Part shown: one piece after another, positions 28,031 through 42,106 of the stretch
How the letters are laid out: every line of letters begins with the position of its first letter
Numbering within the stretch: position 1 is the first letter of the stretch
Source: Proteromonas lacertae
Taxonomy: Eukaryota
Direction of reading: 5' to 3'
DNA length: 64,000 bases
Assembly (NCBI GenBank): GCA_002245135.1
Contig: NGBS01000890.1
Coordinates: 62,001-126,000, forward strand
The notes under the pieces: generated by a model
Database searches by the model: none
What the model saw: the letters and a program-made list of their open reading frames with translations, nothing else
Told to the model about the DNA's origin: nothing
Translations under genes and position numbers: made by a program

Positions 28031-30462
28031 TGATTTATATATCAGTTCAAGTTGTTTAGTAATAGATGAAAATACATATGTAAAAGCTAATATTGGTGAA
28101 ATTAATAATTCTCTTTATAATGAAGCTAAAAAGAATGACACAATTCCAGATATAGCTGTAAAATGGTTTATTACAGATGATTTTCCAGGTTATTGGATGG
28201 GTTTAGCTACTGTAGGTAGTCCTACTTTAGTTACTACTAGAAGTTCAAATGTTTGGTTGACATGTAAATACAATCCCTCAGAAGAAGATCCAAATAATAA
28301 AAAACTACAAATACTAATTCATCAATTTGGTCATAATTGTGGTTTTCATCATGCAGCTAGACAAGATCAGCCATCAACTGGAACATTTACAACATTTAAA
28401 ATAGTTGAAAATGAAGATGATTGTGCAAATATAATGAGTAATTGTGGTAATTGGTATAATCCAATAAATGTATATCAATACTATTATACAATTGTTGGAA
28501 AGAAGCCAGAACCATGGTTATTCAAAGATATTGAAGTAGGAATTCATAAATATCGAATATATGCAATTGATCATCCTTATACAAGACATTATTTAGGTAC
28601 AAACAAAGCATTTCATGAAGATTCTGAAGTAATCGATGGAATTCCATTTAAATATAACTGTATATCAATAAAAATTCCAGTGAATGTGAATTTAACAAGT
28701 AAATATGCAGGAGATATAGATACAAGTGAACCAATAATATTAGAATACAGAGGTAATACAAAAGGTCAAGAAGGAGCAAAAGATTTTGGTATAAGAATTA
28801 TATATGGAAATACTCAAAAAAGTAATTTATTTATGGCAAATTCTGATGGTTTAAAATCTTGGAAAGATAGTGAAATACCATTAGGAGTTGATTATTATCC
28901 ATGCGATTTTGATGTTGGTAGTTTAAGAATTCGAATAACAAAAATTCATAAAGGAATATTAAAAGAAATATTGGAAGAAGAAATAATAAAAGAAGATGTT
29001 CGAAATTATGATGAATCAAGTTATGCTGAATTAGAGATTGAATTTAATCCTAATATAAAACCAATAATTCCCTCTCCTCCAAGTGGTTTACCCTCTTTGA
29101 AATTCTCTCCTAGTTTCTTCAATTGTCATAAGAATGGTGAAAAAGGATATATTTGCTCAAAATCTTCTACATCAAGTGGATGGTATTATTTTATAAATGA
29201 TGGTAATAGAAATAAGAGCGTACCTAGAGTTTATGTAGGTAGAAATGTAATAGGAAGGAATATTCTTAGATCCTATAATGGTGGGGATAGTTCATACTCT
29301 GATTTATGTTATGGTGATGATGGTGGTAAATGTATAAGTATAAGCGTGACAAATGAGTTTTATGAAAGTACTGTAAAAGTCTATCAGAATGCAAATGTCA
29401 CTATAGACATATCAGATCACGTAGTTCAATCCGAAGAGTTTAAAAATGTGAATTTGATATATGGAAATATAGTTGATATTTCCAGAAGATTCATTTTCCA
29501 GTTTTATAACTGACTTATTTGGAAATAAGAAAGATATAACAATAATTAATAATACATTTGCTATGATATTTCCATCATTAGAAATTGATGGATTTGCTGA
29601 AGGAGCAGTAGTAATAGAAAGTCAATATAATCAAATAGAACATTATAAAAGTTTTACAGTTTATAATCCTGTAAATGCAAATCGAGTAGCATTTGGATAT
29701 AATGATGAAAATGAAATCGAATTATCTCCAGCTGTAATACCTGGTGATGGATATTATAGCACAACTACGATGTTATTCTCAAAAAGTTTAAAAGCTGATG
29801 AATGGTATTATTATCCAATATTATATTTGAGTGAAAAAGATTATGTATTAATTGATTTTAAAGGAATGATTCCAACGAATTTAATAATGACAATCGAAAG
29901 TGATATGGGTGAATATATAAAAGAATTGAATGATTTAAGTGGATATGTAAATATTTCTTATAAACTAACATATAGAGAAGTGAATAAATATACAGGAGGT
30001 TGGTGTGAAATAGATCGAATAAAATTCAACCAAGAAATTGAAATTCAAAATATTCGACCAGTATATCGTAATGCAATAGGAAATCAAATGATGGATGTGG
30101 ATGGTAAAAAAGATAGTTTTAACTATAATGGATATAGATACTCCGTAGAATCTCCAAAAGTTGAAAAATATTATATTTACAATAAAGTAAAAATTGAGAT
30201 AGACTCTCGAGAATATTCATTTGATACTCCAACAACAGTAATAAAATTAAATGAACTGCCTAGTTCTGCTTCTTCTGACTATGATACTTCTTCTCCCACA
30301 GATTCCAATGATTCTGATGATAGTTCAGATGCGAAGGTAATAATAATTGGAGTTGCAGTTGGTGGTGTTGTAGTTGTTTTATTGGTGGTATGTTTAGTAG
30401 TATATTTGCTATGTAGATTTAAGAATGCAAATAAAAAGCAAGGTAAAGAAACTGCTTTATAA
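27602..30462 (+). CDS. Type I membrane protein with a metzincin (M11/reprolysin-like) domain carrying HQxxH
   Basis: Signal peptide, GLATVG, HQFGHNCGFHHA, a Met-turn-like NIMS, C-terminal TM (IIIGVAVGGVVVVLLVVCLVVYLL). Intronless; +1 indels near 27829 and 29481. Confidence 0.65.
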
Positions 30463-30489
30463 ATTTACAATTTAAATGTAATGTTATTG

Positions 30490-31480
30490 TTATTTATTTT
30501 TGTTGTATAAATAAGCAGCCATTGCAGGTGGTACAGGATGTAAAGCAATATACCTTTTCATGCTCATATCAGTGGTTATACTCATCCATGCTTCCATATA
30601 TTCATGTCCTATATTCCATATCCTCAAAATGTCTTATTATGTCTCATATACTGCTGAATCATGTTCCGTTATAAACGTCATCACATTTACGAGCTATTTG
30701 TGATTCGCCTGTGCTATCTATAAACTCTATAAAACGACGAGAAAAAATGTTAAAGCATCCTTCAGGATATATTACATGTCTTTTGTCCTTCTCTTCATAT
30801 ACATGTTTAATTTGAGCAATAACATCATATTCTGATTGTATAAAAGGAAGTATTCTTTGAGGAAAGAACAACACATCAGAATTTACTCTTATTAAATATT
30901 TCATGCTTTTAAATGTTTTATAAGCATAATTGTATGATGACATCATTAAATGGAATATGTTAAAATATGAATTTCGAAAATTGAAGATAAGCAAATCACC
31001 ATATTTTTTCGATTCTTCTTTCAAAAATTCATTTTTATAGTTTTTATTAGTTGACAATCCTGTAATGAATATATAGGCGATTGAATATACGCCTACTTGT
31101 TTTATCTTCTTGTATGTTTGCCTTACTACTATTCTTGATTCAAGTTCTGAGGCACCAACAGGTATAACAATTACAATTTGAGTGTCAATAGAGACATCTG
31201 GTTCTATATAAACTTTCTGAGGACCATAATACATACTAATGAAGAATTTTTTATCATTTGATGGAGGATATAAGTCTTTTGATTTAAATTTACATAAATT
31301 TAGCGGTAATATACTACTACATAGCTTAACCTTCTGAATTTGAGAAGCTAATATTTTATTGGTTATAGATTCTATTTCGTCAAAATTATTTATCAACACT
31401 GTAGATGAGTATGTGATAAATATAAAAATTCCACTAAATAACACTAATGTTGCTGCAAAAAAGAATAGAAACTTCAGCTA
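30490..31480 (-). pseudogene. GT31 beta-1,3-galactosyltransferase-like gene, frameshifted (pseudogene or assembly errors)
   Basis: RIVVRQTY, LKEESKKYGDLL, SYFNI, KYLIRVNSDV, YPEG, DDVYNG and a frameshifted C-terminus YIALHPVPPAM. No clear start codon and two indels near 30630-30665. Confidence 0.65.
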
Positions 31481-31838
31481 CTGTGGGGTTTGAAAAATGC
31501 CAAAAAATGTTTTGTGATTTGAATATGTTCAACAATAGTTACATACAAACACACCAATCTATAAAATACTTTAAGTGTTATAAAATACCTTGCAATGAAT
31601 GATATATGTATATTCTAATATAATAAAAATGTGTAAACGAATAATTTTAAAAAAGAGACAAGTGGTTTATATAAAACACAATTGTATATCTGGTAAGTAT
31701 TTCATTTGTTGTGTATAAAACATATACTTCAGTATATTTAAAAACTTTCACTTCATTAACATACTATTTTGCCACATATTGTTATTAATTACGTTATTTT
31801 TATTATAATTTAGTAGTGTACATAAAACACTCGATTTG

Positions 31839-32329
31839 TTGATAATATTTTTCATAAAATATTTTAAAACGGACAAAAAATGAAATTTATCTTTTTGTTT
31901 TTTATCGTCTATTTGACAAATACTGAACTTGTGACAAACAAAACTGTTGAGATTTATTATGATACACTTGGTGAAGCATATATAAACTACGAGAAAGGTT
32001 ATATTAACAGAATAGTGAATGAAGAACAATTTCCTTTATCTAGTGGTTATGGCAGAGTTACTTTTGAGATAAATAATCACAATATAAAATTATTAGAATA
32101 TAAACCTAAAGCACAGAATTCAGTCCAAAGAAGTGAAGATTGTTATTCACCAATGTTTATTAAAACTATCTATATAGGAATATTTCGTGGAGCAAATCGA
32201 AAAGATCCAAGTAAATGTAGTTCAATCGAAAAAGCAAAAGAGTATATAAGATATACTGAATTAAGTATGAGATTATGGTCAGGAAATCAAATTCGAATAG
32301 CTCAGAATGATGAGTTGAATAATAGTTAA
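31839..32329 (+). pseudogene. Copy 2 of the duplication: truncated 149-aa paralog of the 27602 gene
   Basis: Identical N-terminus MKFIFLFFIVYLTNTELV...; similarity stops after cagaatgatga (about 32313), followed by a stop. Confidence 0.9.
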
Positions 32330-32375
32330 AATTTTTGTGATTTTTTAAAATATATCCGTTTTACTTTTAGATTGA

Positions 32376-35300
32376 ATGAAACTTTTTTTATTTCTGTTCT
32401 TTGAACTATCTTATTCGATAGTTACCCAGTGCAAAGTAATGCAAAATGACAACATTAAGATTGTGCCACTCAACAGAAGAAATGGTAAGAACTTGAAGGG
32501 ATTTAGTGACTATGAGAATATTAGAATTAATTCCTATTATTTCAAGATGGAAAAAATTCAAAACAATAAGACAATCGATTTCAATGCCCTTCTGAAGTCA
32601 TGTGAAGATACTATTTCCTATTTCAAGTCAGTTTTGAAGGTAGTGCCAGAATTCGGCAAATTATACATACAACAGTATTTGTTTATAGGGTTAAAACTGA
32701 GTGTACCAACAAATCATTGTATATTTAAATTAGTTAAGTTTCCATAGATTTTAAAGGATTATCTAACACTGATTTTATGCTATATTTTAGTGAGATGGAT
32801 GAAAAAGATTGTGGAGACGATATAATGGTTGGTAAGACTTATCAATCTGATTACTTCGATAAACACCCTGAAGTAGGTTTAATCCAATTTTGTCCAACCA
32901 AAATAAACTTAAATAATATAAAATATTTCGAAACCATATTGAAAAGAGAAATCCTTCACAGTTTAGGTTTTTCAAGCTCAACGTTTGACTTTTTAAAAAG
33001 TAAATACAAACTAAAGAATGATAATAAATATATACTATCGTCTCCGCTGGTAAAATCAGCAGTTCAACAACATTTTAATTGTGAAAATTTAGAAGGAGCA
33101 TATTTTGAAGATCAAAATGATAATCAAAATGTAGGTGATTTTTGGGAATATACCCTTTATAAAGGAGAAATAATGATTGGAGATATTAAAGAGAATGATA
33201 AAGCAGTGTTAAGTAATTTAACACTTAGTTTATTAGAAGATACAGGATGGTATAAAGTGAATTGGAATTACAATGAGTTTTTGAGTTTTGGTTATAATCA
33301 AGGATGTGATATGGGAAATATGAAATGTACAACGAAAAAGTATGATGGCAATGATAATGATAATGATAATGATTATGTTATTGAACCAGTAGGTGAATAT
33401 TGTTTATTGAATGATGATAATAAACAAATATGTATATATATATATATCATTATATATTTTATATAAATAAATAGGCAGTGTTGATTATAATTCTCTCAGT
33501 TTATGTACTAAGACATCATTATCTAATTGTCCAATAATATCTGATGTAAATAGTGATGAATGTGATAAAGATAGTAAATGCCATAGGAGTTCATTGAGTG
33601 TTGATAATAAGAACTTGGAATTAACTGCCTCTTGTTATAAAATCAAATGTTATAGTAATAAAAGATATTTGGTATATGCTTGTCCTAAAGATAATTGTAT
33701 TAGTGTTGATGATTATAAAGTGAATACATGTAGTAAAGATGGTGATAGAATTAGATTCAGTGGATTTAATGGTGTATTAGTATGTAATGATCCTAAAGAA
33801 ATGTGTGTTAATGGTGATAGTAGTACAACTTCTGAGCCAACAACTGTTAAACCTACAACTACAGAACCTACTACACCAGAACCTACTACAGTTAAACCTA
33901 CAACACCTGAACCTACAGCCATTAAACCAACTACACCAACGACATTTCCACCTACTACACCAGAACCAACAACAACCAATGATAATGCAGAGTTTATCGG
34001 TTTAATGAATCTTAATCAAAAAGTCGTTTATTTTACTAAACCATCCTATCTATTAGATATGAATCATTACAATATAAATGATATAAGAATAAAATTCAAC
34101 AATTTAAAAGGTAAATCAACAACAGATGATAATAAAGTAGAGACAAATGTTACTTTATTATACAGGATAACAGATTCAACAACTGATATTCCAACTATTG
34201 AGTTATTCCCTGATTTTACCAATAGAAAAATAGAAAAAATCAATTTCAATATTATAGTAATAGATGATAGAATAAACAATAGAATCAATCCATTAATATT
34301 GAAGAATAATGGTTTATTCAGATCAATTAATCAATGTTATTTTATAAATATTCATATTAACATTATGACTGATATAACAATAGATAGTTTGAATGGATTA
34401 TTATCAAGTAATATAGAATCAAGTACAATGATGAATGTAGGAATATCATTTAATAATTTAAACATAATATTATACAATAATAACAATGAAAATAATAATT
34501 ATTACGGGTTATTAACCAATAGTATTTCAAATAGTATTTCTACTGAATATTCTGGTTTATATGTTACTGGTAATAAGTTGAAGATAAAGAATAATGACAA
34601 TAATAATAATTATTATTATATAGGAGTATTAATTGGTGTAGCAAAGAATGTGAATTTATCATATTCATTCATTACATTACAAAAGTTAAATATTACAAAT
34701 ACTAATAATAACAATAGAAATAATAATAAATTATTAAGTATTGGTGGATTAATAGGAAATTCAATTAATATTAGAGGAATATTGATATATTATCGATGTT
34801 TCACACTCATCTCGAATGGATTATATATTTATAATAATAATAATAATAATAATGTCTATTATGGTAATTTTGTTGGAAGTGAAAGTATATCAGAATCTTT
34901 ATTATCTTCATCATTGATATATAACACTCAAATATATGAAAGTTGGATTTATTGTAAGATTAGATATATTGATAATACGATATATGGAAGTATCATTGGA
35001 TTAAATATATCCTATTTTGAGATGTATAACACTTATATTAGAGTATATAACATCATAAAACAAACTGAATATATACCAAAGATTGGTTTGTTATTTGGTA
35101 GTATCTATGATATTAACACAATAATTTTGTTTAATAATTATATATCTTATATATATGAAACTGATTTTAATAATGATAATAATAATAATCAAATATCTGA
35201 AGTGTATAACACAAACCAAGACAATAATATAAAAGCATATTTTCAAAGTGTTTATATACTATCAAATGTAGTTAATAATATAGAATCAATATATGGAATA

Positions 35301-36221
35301 ACAGTATTGAATAATGTTTATTATGATGATGTAGTGAAGATAATAAGTGAAGATAATAATAGAATTGATAATAACTTGTTGGTGTTTTATAATATAACAA
35401 AAATAGCTGATGAAATTGTGTTGTATTACAATCAAATGCCCTATTTTGACTCTGCCATTATAATTGATCCTTCCAAGTCCTTTATTGATAGTATTGGAAT
35501 AGAATTTACTATATCTTCATCAACATCATCAATATCAACTATTAACTATGTATCTAATAAAATCTATATAAAATCTATACTATCATATTATAAAGAATCA
35601 AATATTTTGCTATTACCTTCTCCTTCATATTCTGAAGATGGATATATTCATGTAAATATTACTATTAAATCTTGTTATAAACTTAATAAACAACATCAAT
35701 TTACTATATCCTCTCCAGATAATAATCAATATTATTATGATTATAACAGTATAATAATTGGAGCAGAGGATTGTAATGTACAGAAAATGATAGATTCTAA
35801 AACATCAAAGGATATAAATGATAATGATATTATTATATTAAATTTCATTTCTAATAATGTTGTAATACAAACAAATAGATTGGTATTATATTCCATTAAT
35901 ACTAATTCAAATGATAATGATGATGGTAATAATAATAATAATAAATCACATTCTAAAGGTCAAAGTAATATGGTTAAATTGATTATTACATACATAGTAG
36001 TTGGTGTTTTTTCATTTGTAATGTTATGTATTGTAATAACAGCAATACTGCTGGTAAGAGCGAGAATTAGAGATAAGAAAGTAGTTAGAAGATATGATTA
36101 TAAAGCGAAGAGAAGATATCACAGAACTCCACATGAAGAAGATAAAGATGTAAAGAATGAAGAAGAAAAGAAATCTCTAAATAATGTGAAGTTTGAGAAA
36201 CTTGAAGAAGAAAAAGAATAG
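32376..36221 (+). CDS. Leishmanolysin-like type I membrane protein without zinc ligands, with a PT-rich stalk and Asn-rich extracellular region
   Basis: KREILHSLGF, VQQHFNCENLEGAYFE, GDFWE, LSLLEDTGWY; introns 32719-32747 and about 33432-33473; C-terminal TM and basic tail. Confidence 0.8.
33830..33977 (+). repeat. Coding 15-nt tandem repeat giving mucin-like PTT(T/P/V)(E/K) units
   Basis: Repeated cctacwaca units encoding EPTTVKPTTTEPTTPEPTT. Confidence 0.85.
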
Positions 36222-36375
36222 TTTATATATACTTTTTTTTAATTTTATTTTATATATAATTAATTGATTGAATTGTTGTGTATTATGAATTAAAAATAAT
36301 GTAGTTTGTCAAAAGCTTGTCATATTGAAACGACTATATTTTATTTTATTTTGTTTCATCTTCCATTAAAATCTA

Positions 36376-39300
36376 ATGATGATAAAATTTATGAAATATA
36401 ACTTGTCACTAAAAATATTTGCTATTATGATGGTATTTTTACTTTTTTATTAAACATTAGACTTTGATTAGTGTTTCTAGAGGTATTAATGTATTAGAAA
36501 GTCTTTGTAATATTACTTATCCAAAATATATTCAACATTTGGAGGATTATAGAAGGAACTATCAAACACAAATTAGTTTAGTATCCACAGCAATTAAGGC
36601 TGGTATTTCAGATTATTCAAACGATATTCCTACACTTTCATGTTATTCGCAATTGTATAAGTCTGCTTTTATTACAATGAATTTTAATCCTTCATTCGAG
36701 GAAGTGTTGAATGATATATATCCTTCAATGAATTATGTATCAGAACAAGTAGATTCAATTAATAATAATGGCTTAAAAGAATATAGAATTGGATTTATTA
36801 TACATTCAACTTCATTAGGTAATATCAACTATATTAATTTAAAAGTATTATTCTTATTGTTAATAATAATATAATTAGTCTTTATCCACTACAGATGATG
36901 GTAATGTAAAAAAGAATATTGCTTGTTTCACATTGATTAATATTGATGAAAATGATTGTATATTGTTGTCTGGGAATATAAATGAAGATAGAAAAACAAT
37001 TGAAAGTATATTATTACCATTTCAATCTCGCTATAATTGCAATAGATTATAAATTCAGTATACTAATATTTTGTGATATTGAAAAGTCTTTTTACTTATA
37101 CATTCTATACCATAGTAGACTTGCAACTATTCAGATATTATATAATTCATATGACTTGAGTTTTCCATCAGTAGATTATATAATATCAAATGATAAAAAG
37201 GAAGAAACAGATTATTATAGAACAGAACATATTCTTTTTACCACTTCAACAATAAATCTTCCAAGTATATCACGTAAAAGCAGTAGTAGTAGGAGTAACT
37301 ATAGAATATTTAAAGATGATGATATATTGTTTATGATGTATTTAATCAACGATACTCTTTATGCAGAATATATTGATGTTTTTAGCAATATACTTCATAA
37401 TGTCAATAACGCTAAAATATTGATAATAATAAAGGTATTTATCTATTGTTTAAAATTATAGTGATGAATACAAAGATAAAGCAAAAGATCTTTTAAAAAG
37501 TAGTGATGTTTTAAGTGATGAGAATGTAGATAGAATATCATTTGTTGTTTTTGGATCTACTACAAGCACGGTAGAATTAACAAAGATAATATCTATTATT
37601 GATATTGGACTTATCCCATTTAATTATAATGAACTAAGTGTGATGATATTTTATTTACTTTATGAAGTATATTTATTTGTTGCATTGTAGAAACCATTCA
37701 TCTATTTGGATCAGAATACAATATATTCAGATACTATTAAAAGTACATTACACTATATAGCAATGGAAAATGATTTGTATATAATTATTGTTTATTCATA
37801 GGACTGCAAACTGTCTATACACTTACATTGAAAAGTCAATTAATATTGCAAAGAATGTTAGTCATTATAAAAGAGACTTGTTTCTATTTTCATCCAATAT
37901 ATCTGATTTACTAACAAATAGATATGATATATCATTTGAATGGAATTCAATATTCAATTATTTATTAGTATTTATTTTTTAATATTCAATCACGTTGTTA
38001 TAAATAGAAAATAAACTATCCAACTGAAGTACCATTATTGAAATTCAATGATAGCACTGAGGTTATTTCAAATTATTCATTTAATAATGAACTTATATTA
38101 GCAATGACTGTTATTCCTACAAATCACAATTTAATATCTACAATGGTTTTGTTATTATCTTCTGTAATGGATTTTGAAAGTATTTTTTTTGATGTTTTAA
38201 TATATATATATATAAAATAGTAATGCCTTATATTGTAGCTGCTTATGAAATATATCCAGAATTTGTCACTACTTTAACAAAGATAATGGTTAGTTTATAT
38301 TTGCATGGTTATAAAGAAAAATCATTACAGTTGTATGATCAAGCAAAAAGAGTAATAGATTTAAGAAAATATCCAAAAGCTGCTTCTACTTTATATGAGT
38401 ATTATACTCAACATCTATATGCTCATTTGAAAATAAAAGATCCAAAAAATATACCTCCAATATATTATGAAAGTATAATAAATGAAATTGAACTAAACCT
38501 TCTTCCTGAAGATGTTCAATCAGGAATTCTGTGTTTAAATATGATTGATAAAGAATATGATATTGGATATAGATTAGAGACATTGAAGAGATTAAATACT
38601 GATCAAAGTAATCAAAACATTGATGATTCGACATTGTATAATTTATATTATTGTTTTTATATTAGAGTGTATTTTATATCAATCTTTCAGCAGAGTAGTT
38701 TTCTTTCAAACACTCTAAACACATATTTTCATAATAAATGTATATTTATGAATAGTATTATTATACGAATAGATAAACAATCAAATGGTATTGCTATTTG
38801 CCAAAGGTATTACGATTTGTACTTTACAGTTAATAATAATGTTTATTCTTTAGTAGAAGATTCAATAGAAAGGAGAATAATTTTAGTTTTACAGTATTAT
38901 AAATCCAAAAATGAAACAAGGCAAGCAGAAATAGATAAAGCATTACAATTAAATGTTAAAAATGATTATATAAGTGAAATACATCTGTTGAATGAGATGT
39001 ATTATGATTTATCACACATAAAAGATGAAAATCAAAAAATAAGACAGAGAATATTGAATGAAAGAATAAGTATAAATGAAGCGATGAAATATGCATATTT
39101 TAATCTTCAAAAAGATGATATTATTATAATAAGCAATGCTGATATAAACTTTGACAACTCATTAACATTATTATATAGTATTTATATATATAAATATAGT
39201 AATTAATAGATTATAATTTTACTAATCACTTTATTTCACTAACAAGATGGGAAATAGATCCATCTATTGATTCTCCTTTTTTAGCTTATAATTCATATTG

Positions 39301-39605
39301 TCAAGATAGTTGGATTTATTTAAATAAAGAGATTAAGAACAACTTTTTTGAATATAATGCAATACCAAAAATCAATTTAGGAATACCATATTGTGACAAT
39401 ACTATAGCATATTATGTTGATCATTTCAATTATACATTACAAAATCCCTGTTATGAATTAAGATCATTTCATATTCATCAATCAAATTATGTATTTAATA
39501 TTATATTTAATTTATTTATTTAAATAGAGAACATATGATACATCTTATAAATGTCCAAAAGAATGGGAAAATACTTTAAAATTTCCTTTATTTAATAAAA
39601 TATAA
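36376..39605 (+). CDS. Multi-exon putative glycosyltransferase: degenerate SPINDLY/GT41-like region plus a second C-terminal GT-like domain
   Basis: YPSMNY...YRIGFI, SRLATIQI, PSVDYIIS, YRTEHI; C-terminal RQAEIDKAL, ISNADINFD, LTRWE, QDSWIY, LGIPYCDN, NPC...HIH. Whether it is one gene rests on by-eye exon joins. Confidence 0.5.
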
Positions 39606-39843
39606 CACATTGACTTAATATTTATATAAACTATGTATATTTATTCAAATATTGGTTATTTTATTATTATATTACAAATATAAATTTATAATATGTTTTT
39701 GAAAAGGAATATAAACACACAAAAAACAACAAAAGTAGCAAACAATAATAAATAATAGCAGATTAAGGAGATTATGAATGTTAAAATCATACTAAATAAA
39801 CATTTACAACAATGAATACAAATACAACATACTATCAAGGCAA

Positions 39844-40283
39844 TCACAAAATTGAATTTATATGAGCTAAAAGAATATTGTACAAATTAGAAGCGCAAGA
39901 CAGTGAATCAAGAACTGGATCTAAAACAATTATATTAATATATACCATTTTCAGTATCAACAAACACAATGTCATTATCACAATAATGTTCTTTTATTAA
40001 ATCAGTTCCGGGTAATATTGCATATTTATATATTAATTTATGTTTAGGCTATAATAAATACATAAATACTATACTTCTTGTGGATAATCTTGTGGAACAA
40101 CTATTTGAAATGGTTTTAGAACATCAATTTCAGGGTAACTAAAATAAATGTATTAAAATTATACTTCTTACTTATTATTTTCTCTAATTCGACTAACAAA
40201 TGGTCAATCTGCAAATAATCATCTGTTTTTATATGGCACAAATGGTTATTTGGAGTAATATACACATAGAGATTTAATCTCAT
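39844..40283 (-). CDS. Small four-exon hypothetical protein (about 120 aa), absent from the ORF track
   Basis: Three GT-AG introns give an open frame MRLNLYVYITPNNHLCHIKTDDYLQIDHLLVELEKIISKNYPE...LLAHINSIL-stop. Confidence 0.65.
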
Positions 40284-40749
40284 TCAATACAACAAAAACA
40301 AAGAATAATTAAAATAATATCCGTTACATCAATTTTGAATGATTGATTATTCCTTATTAATACTGTTTAATCTATTAATGAGATTATATTATTGTTTTTA
40401 AATTGAAGTTGTGTTGTAATATAACGCTAAATTATGTTCCTTGGTTTAATTTGAGCAATACTTGACCAAAAATCAAGTGAGGTTATAATTCGTTGTTATT
40501 AGTTTTTGTGATAATAAATCAACCATTATTTTAATTATCTATGAATAGATTAAAAATTTAGCACAAAAATGAGATAAAGAAAGAAGAGGTGTTGATAATT
40601 ATCATTTTGAAGGGAAAAACAGTTAGAAACTATCAGTAATATAGCATGAAACCCAAAATTTCACTGATTGTATGGAATAATTATAGCTGTGTATTTGTGA
40701 AGTTATAATAAGAAATAAAACAATAGAAGGAACAACATAGATTAGTGTT

Positions 40750-41486
40750 TTACATTAAAATACAACAATTATTTTTATATTTTTCATCCTCTTCATTGTT
40801 ATTTATTTCAAAATCTGGTGGAATGTTTTTTATATCTTCATTCTTTTCACAATATATTTTAGTCATTTTGTGGAATAATTCATCTAATCCTTCTTGAGTA
40901 ACAGCTGAACATTCATGATAAAAAGAACAATTCAATTGATTAGCTGCTCTAATAGCCATTTGCCTCAGTAACAATTTGTTGATTATCTTCAACATCATCT
41001 TTTAAATCATTTTTTGTTCCAAGTAATATTTTAACAGAGTTAGGTGAAAATGATGAAATTTCTTTATTCCATTTTTGTAGAATTGATTGTAATGATTTGA
41101 TATTGACAGTAGAAAAAGTGAGAATGAAAATAGAAACATTTGAATATGAGATATTTCTAATACAATCATATTCTTCTGAACCTATTTATTATTATATAAT
41201 AAGAATAACTTATACCAGAAGTATCAATTAGATGTAATTGAATTCTTCTATTTTGATATTCCATTATTTTACCTTGATCATCAAACACTACATACAATAA
41301 TAATAACAATAAATACCTGTTGGAATATGTTCTCTTGGAATTGATCCATTTCTATAAGACATAAGTAAACTTGACTTTCCAACTTGTGAATCTCTATAAA
41401 ACAAAATAAAAGAAGAACAATACCACAATAAAAACACATTTAGCAGTTTTAATACCAAGATTCTTTCGATAAACTGATGAAGACAT
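40750..41486 (-). CDS. Rho/Rac-family small GTPase
   Basis: AKCVFIV, DSQVGKSS, HIPTVFD, LIDTSGSEEYD, LLGTKND, YHECSA, CaaX end CCILM. Three introns; the first junction is not cleanly in frame and there is a +1 shift near 40950. Confidence 0.9.
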
Positions 41487-42106
41487 TGATTAAAAAGTGA
41501 ATGAAAAACAGAAAATAAAAAATAAAAATGAATGAATTTTTATCCAATCAAATTCGTTTTAGACCTTTCATAATAAACAAATTGAAAATATAGCGAGTTT
41601 AGCTTGAGAATGATCAAATCATTTTCTTATTTTTGTTTTTTATACGTGTTTAAGCAAGAATAACAACATAAAAGATATTTGATCTATCAGTATTCATGAA
41701 AAAAGTGCGATATTATTAATTTTATGTTATTTATAGTAATAAACTCTTGAAAATGGAATTAGCAGTATAGACATATTATGCTTTAGTTTCATACTGTCCA
41801 CAACCACATTCTTGTATTGTTATTTGTTGTTCAATCTTCAATTCCACATTTATAGCAATTCTATTATTTTTTACATAAAATATATACATTCATATATTAC
41901 TATTATCAATCTAACATCATTACCATACATCTTATTCGTTAATTATAAATTTATTGCATCTTTATTAAATTACAATCCTTAAACAATATAGCATCAGTTC
42001 AAGTTAATAATACACAAAACTGTTATAATTATATAGAGAAATCAACGATTTTTATTAAATGTCATTTACCTAGTTATTTTACATTATTACAGTCAATTTA
42101 TAAAAA

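Noticed and set aside
41700..42060. Possible decayed coding fragment or ncRNA between the Rho and Kelch genes
   Set aside because: Only short interrupted frames; no recognisable protein motif or RNA structure.
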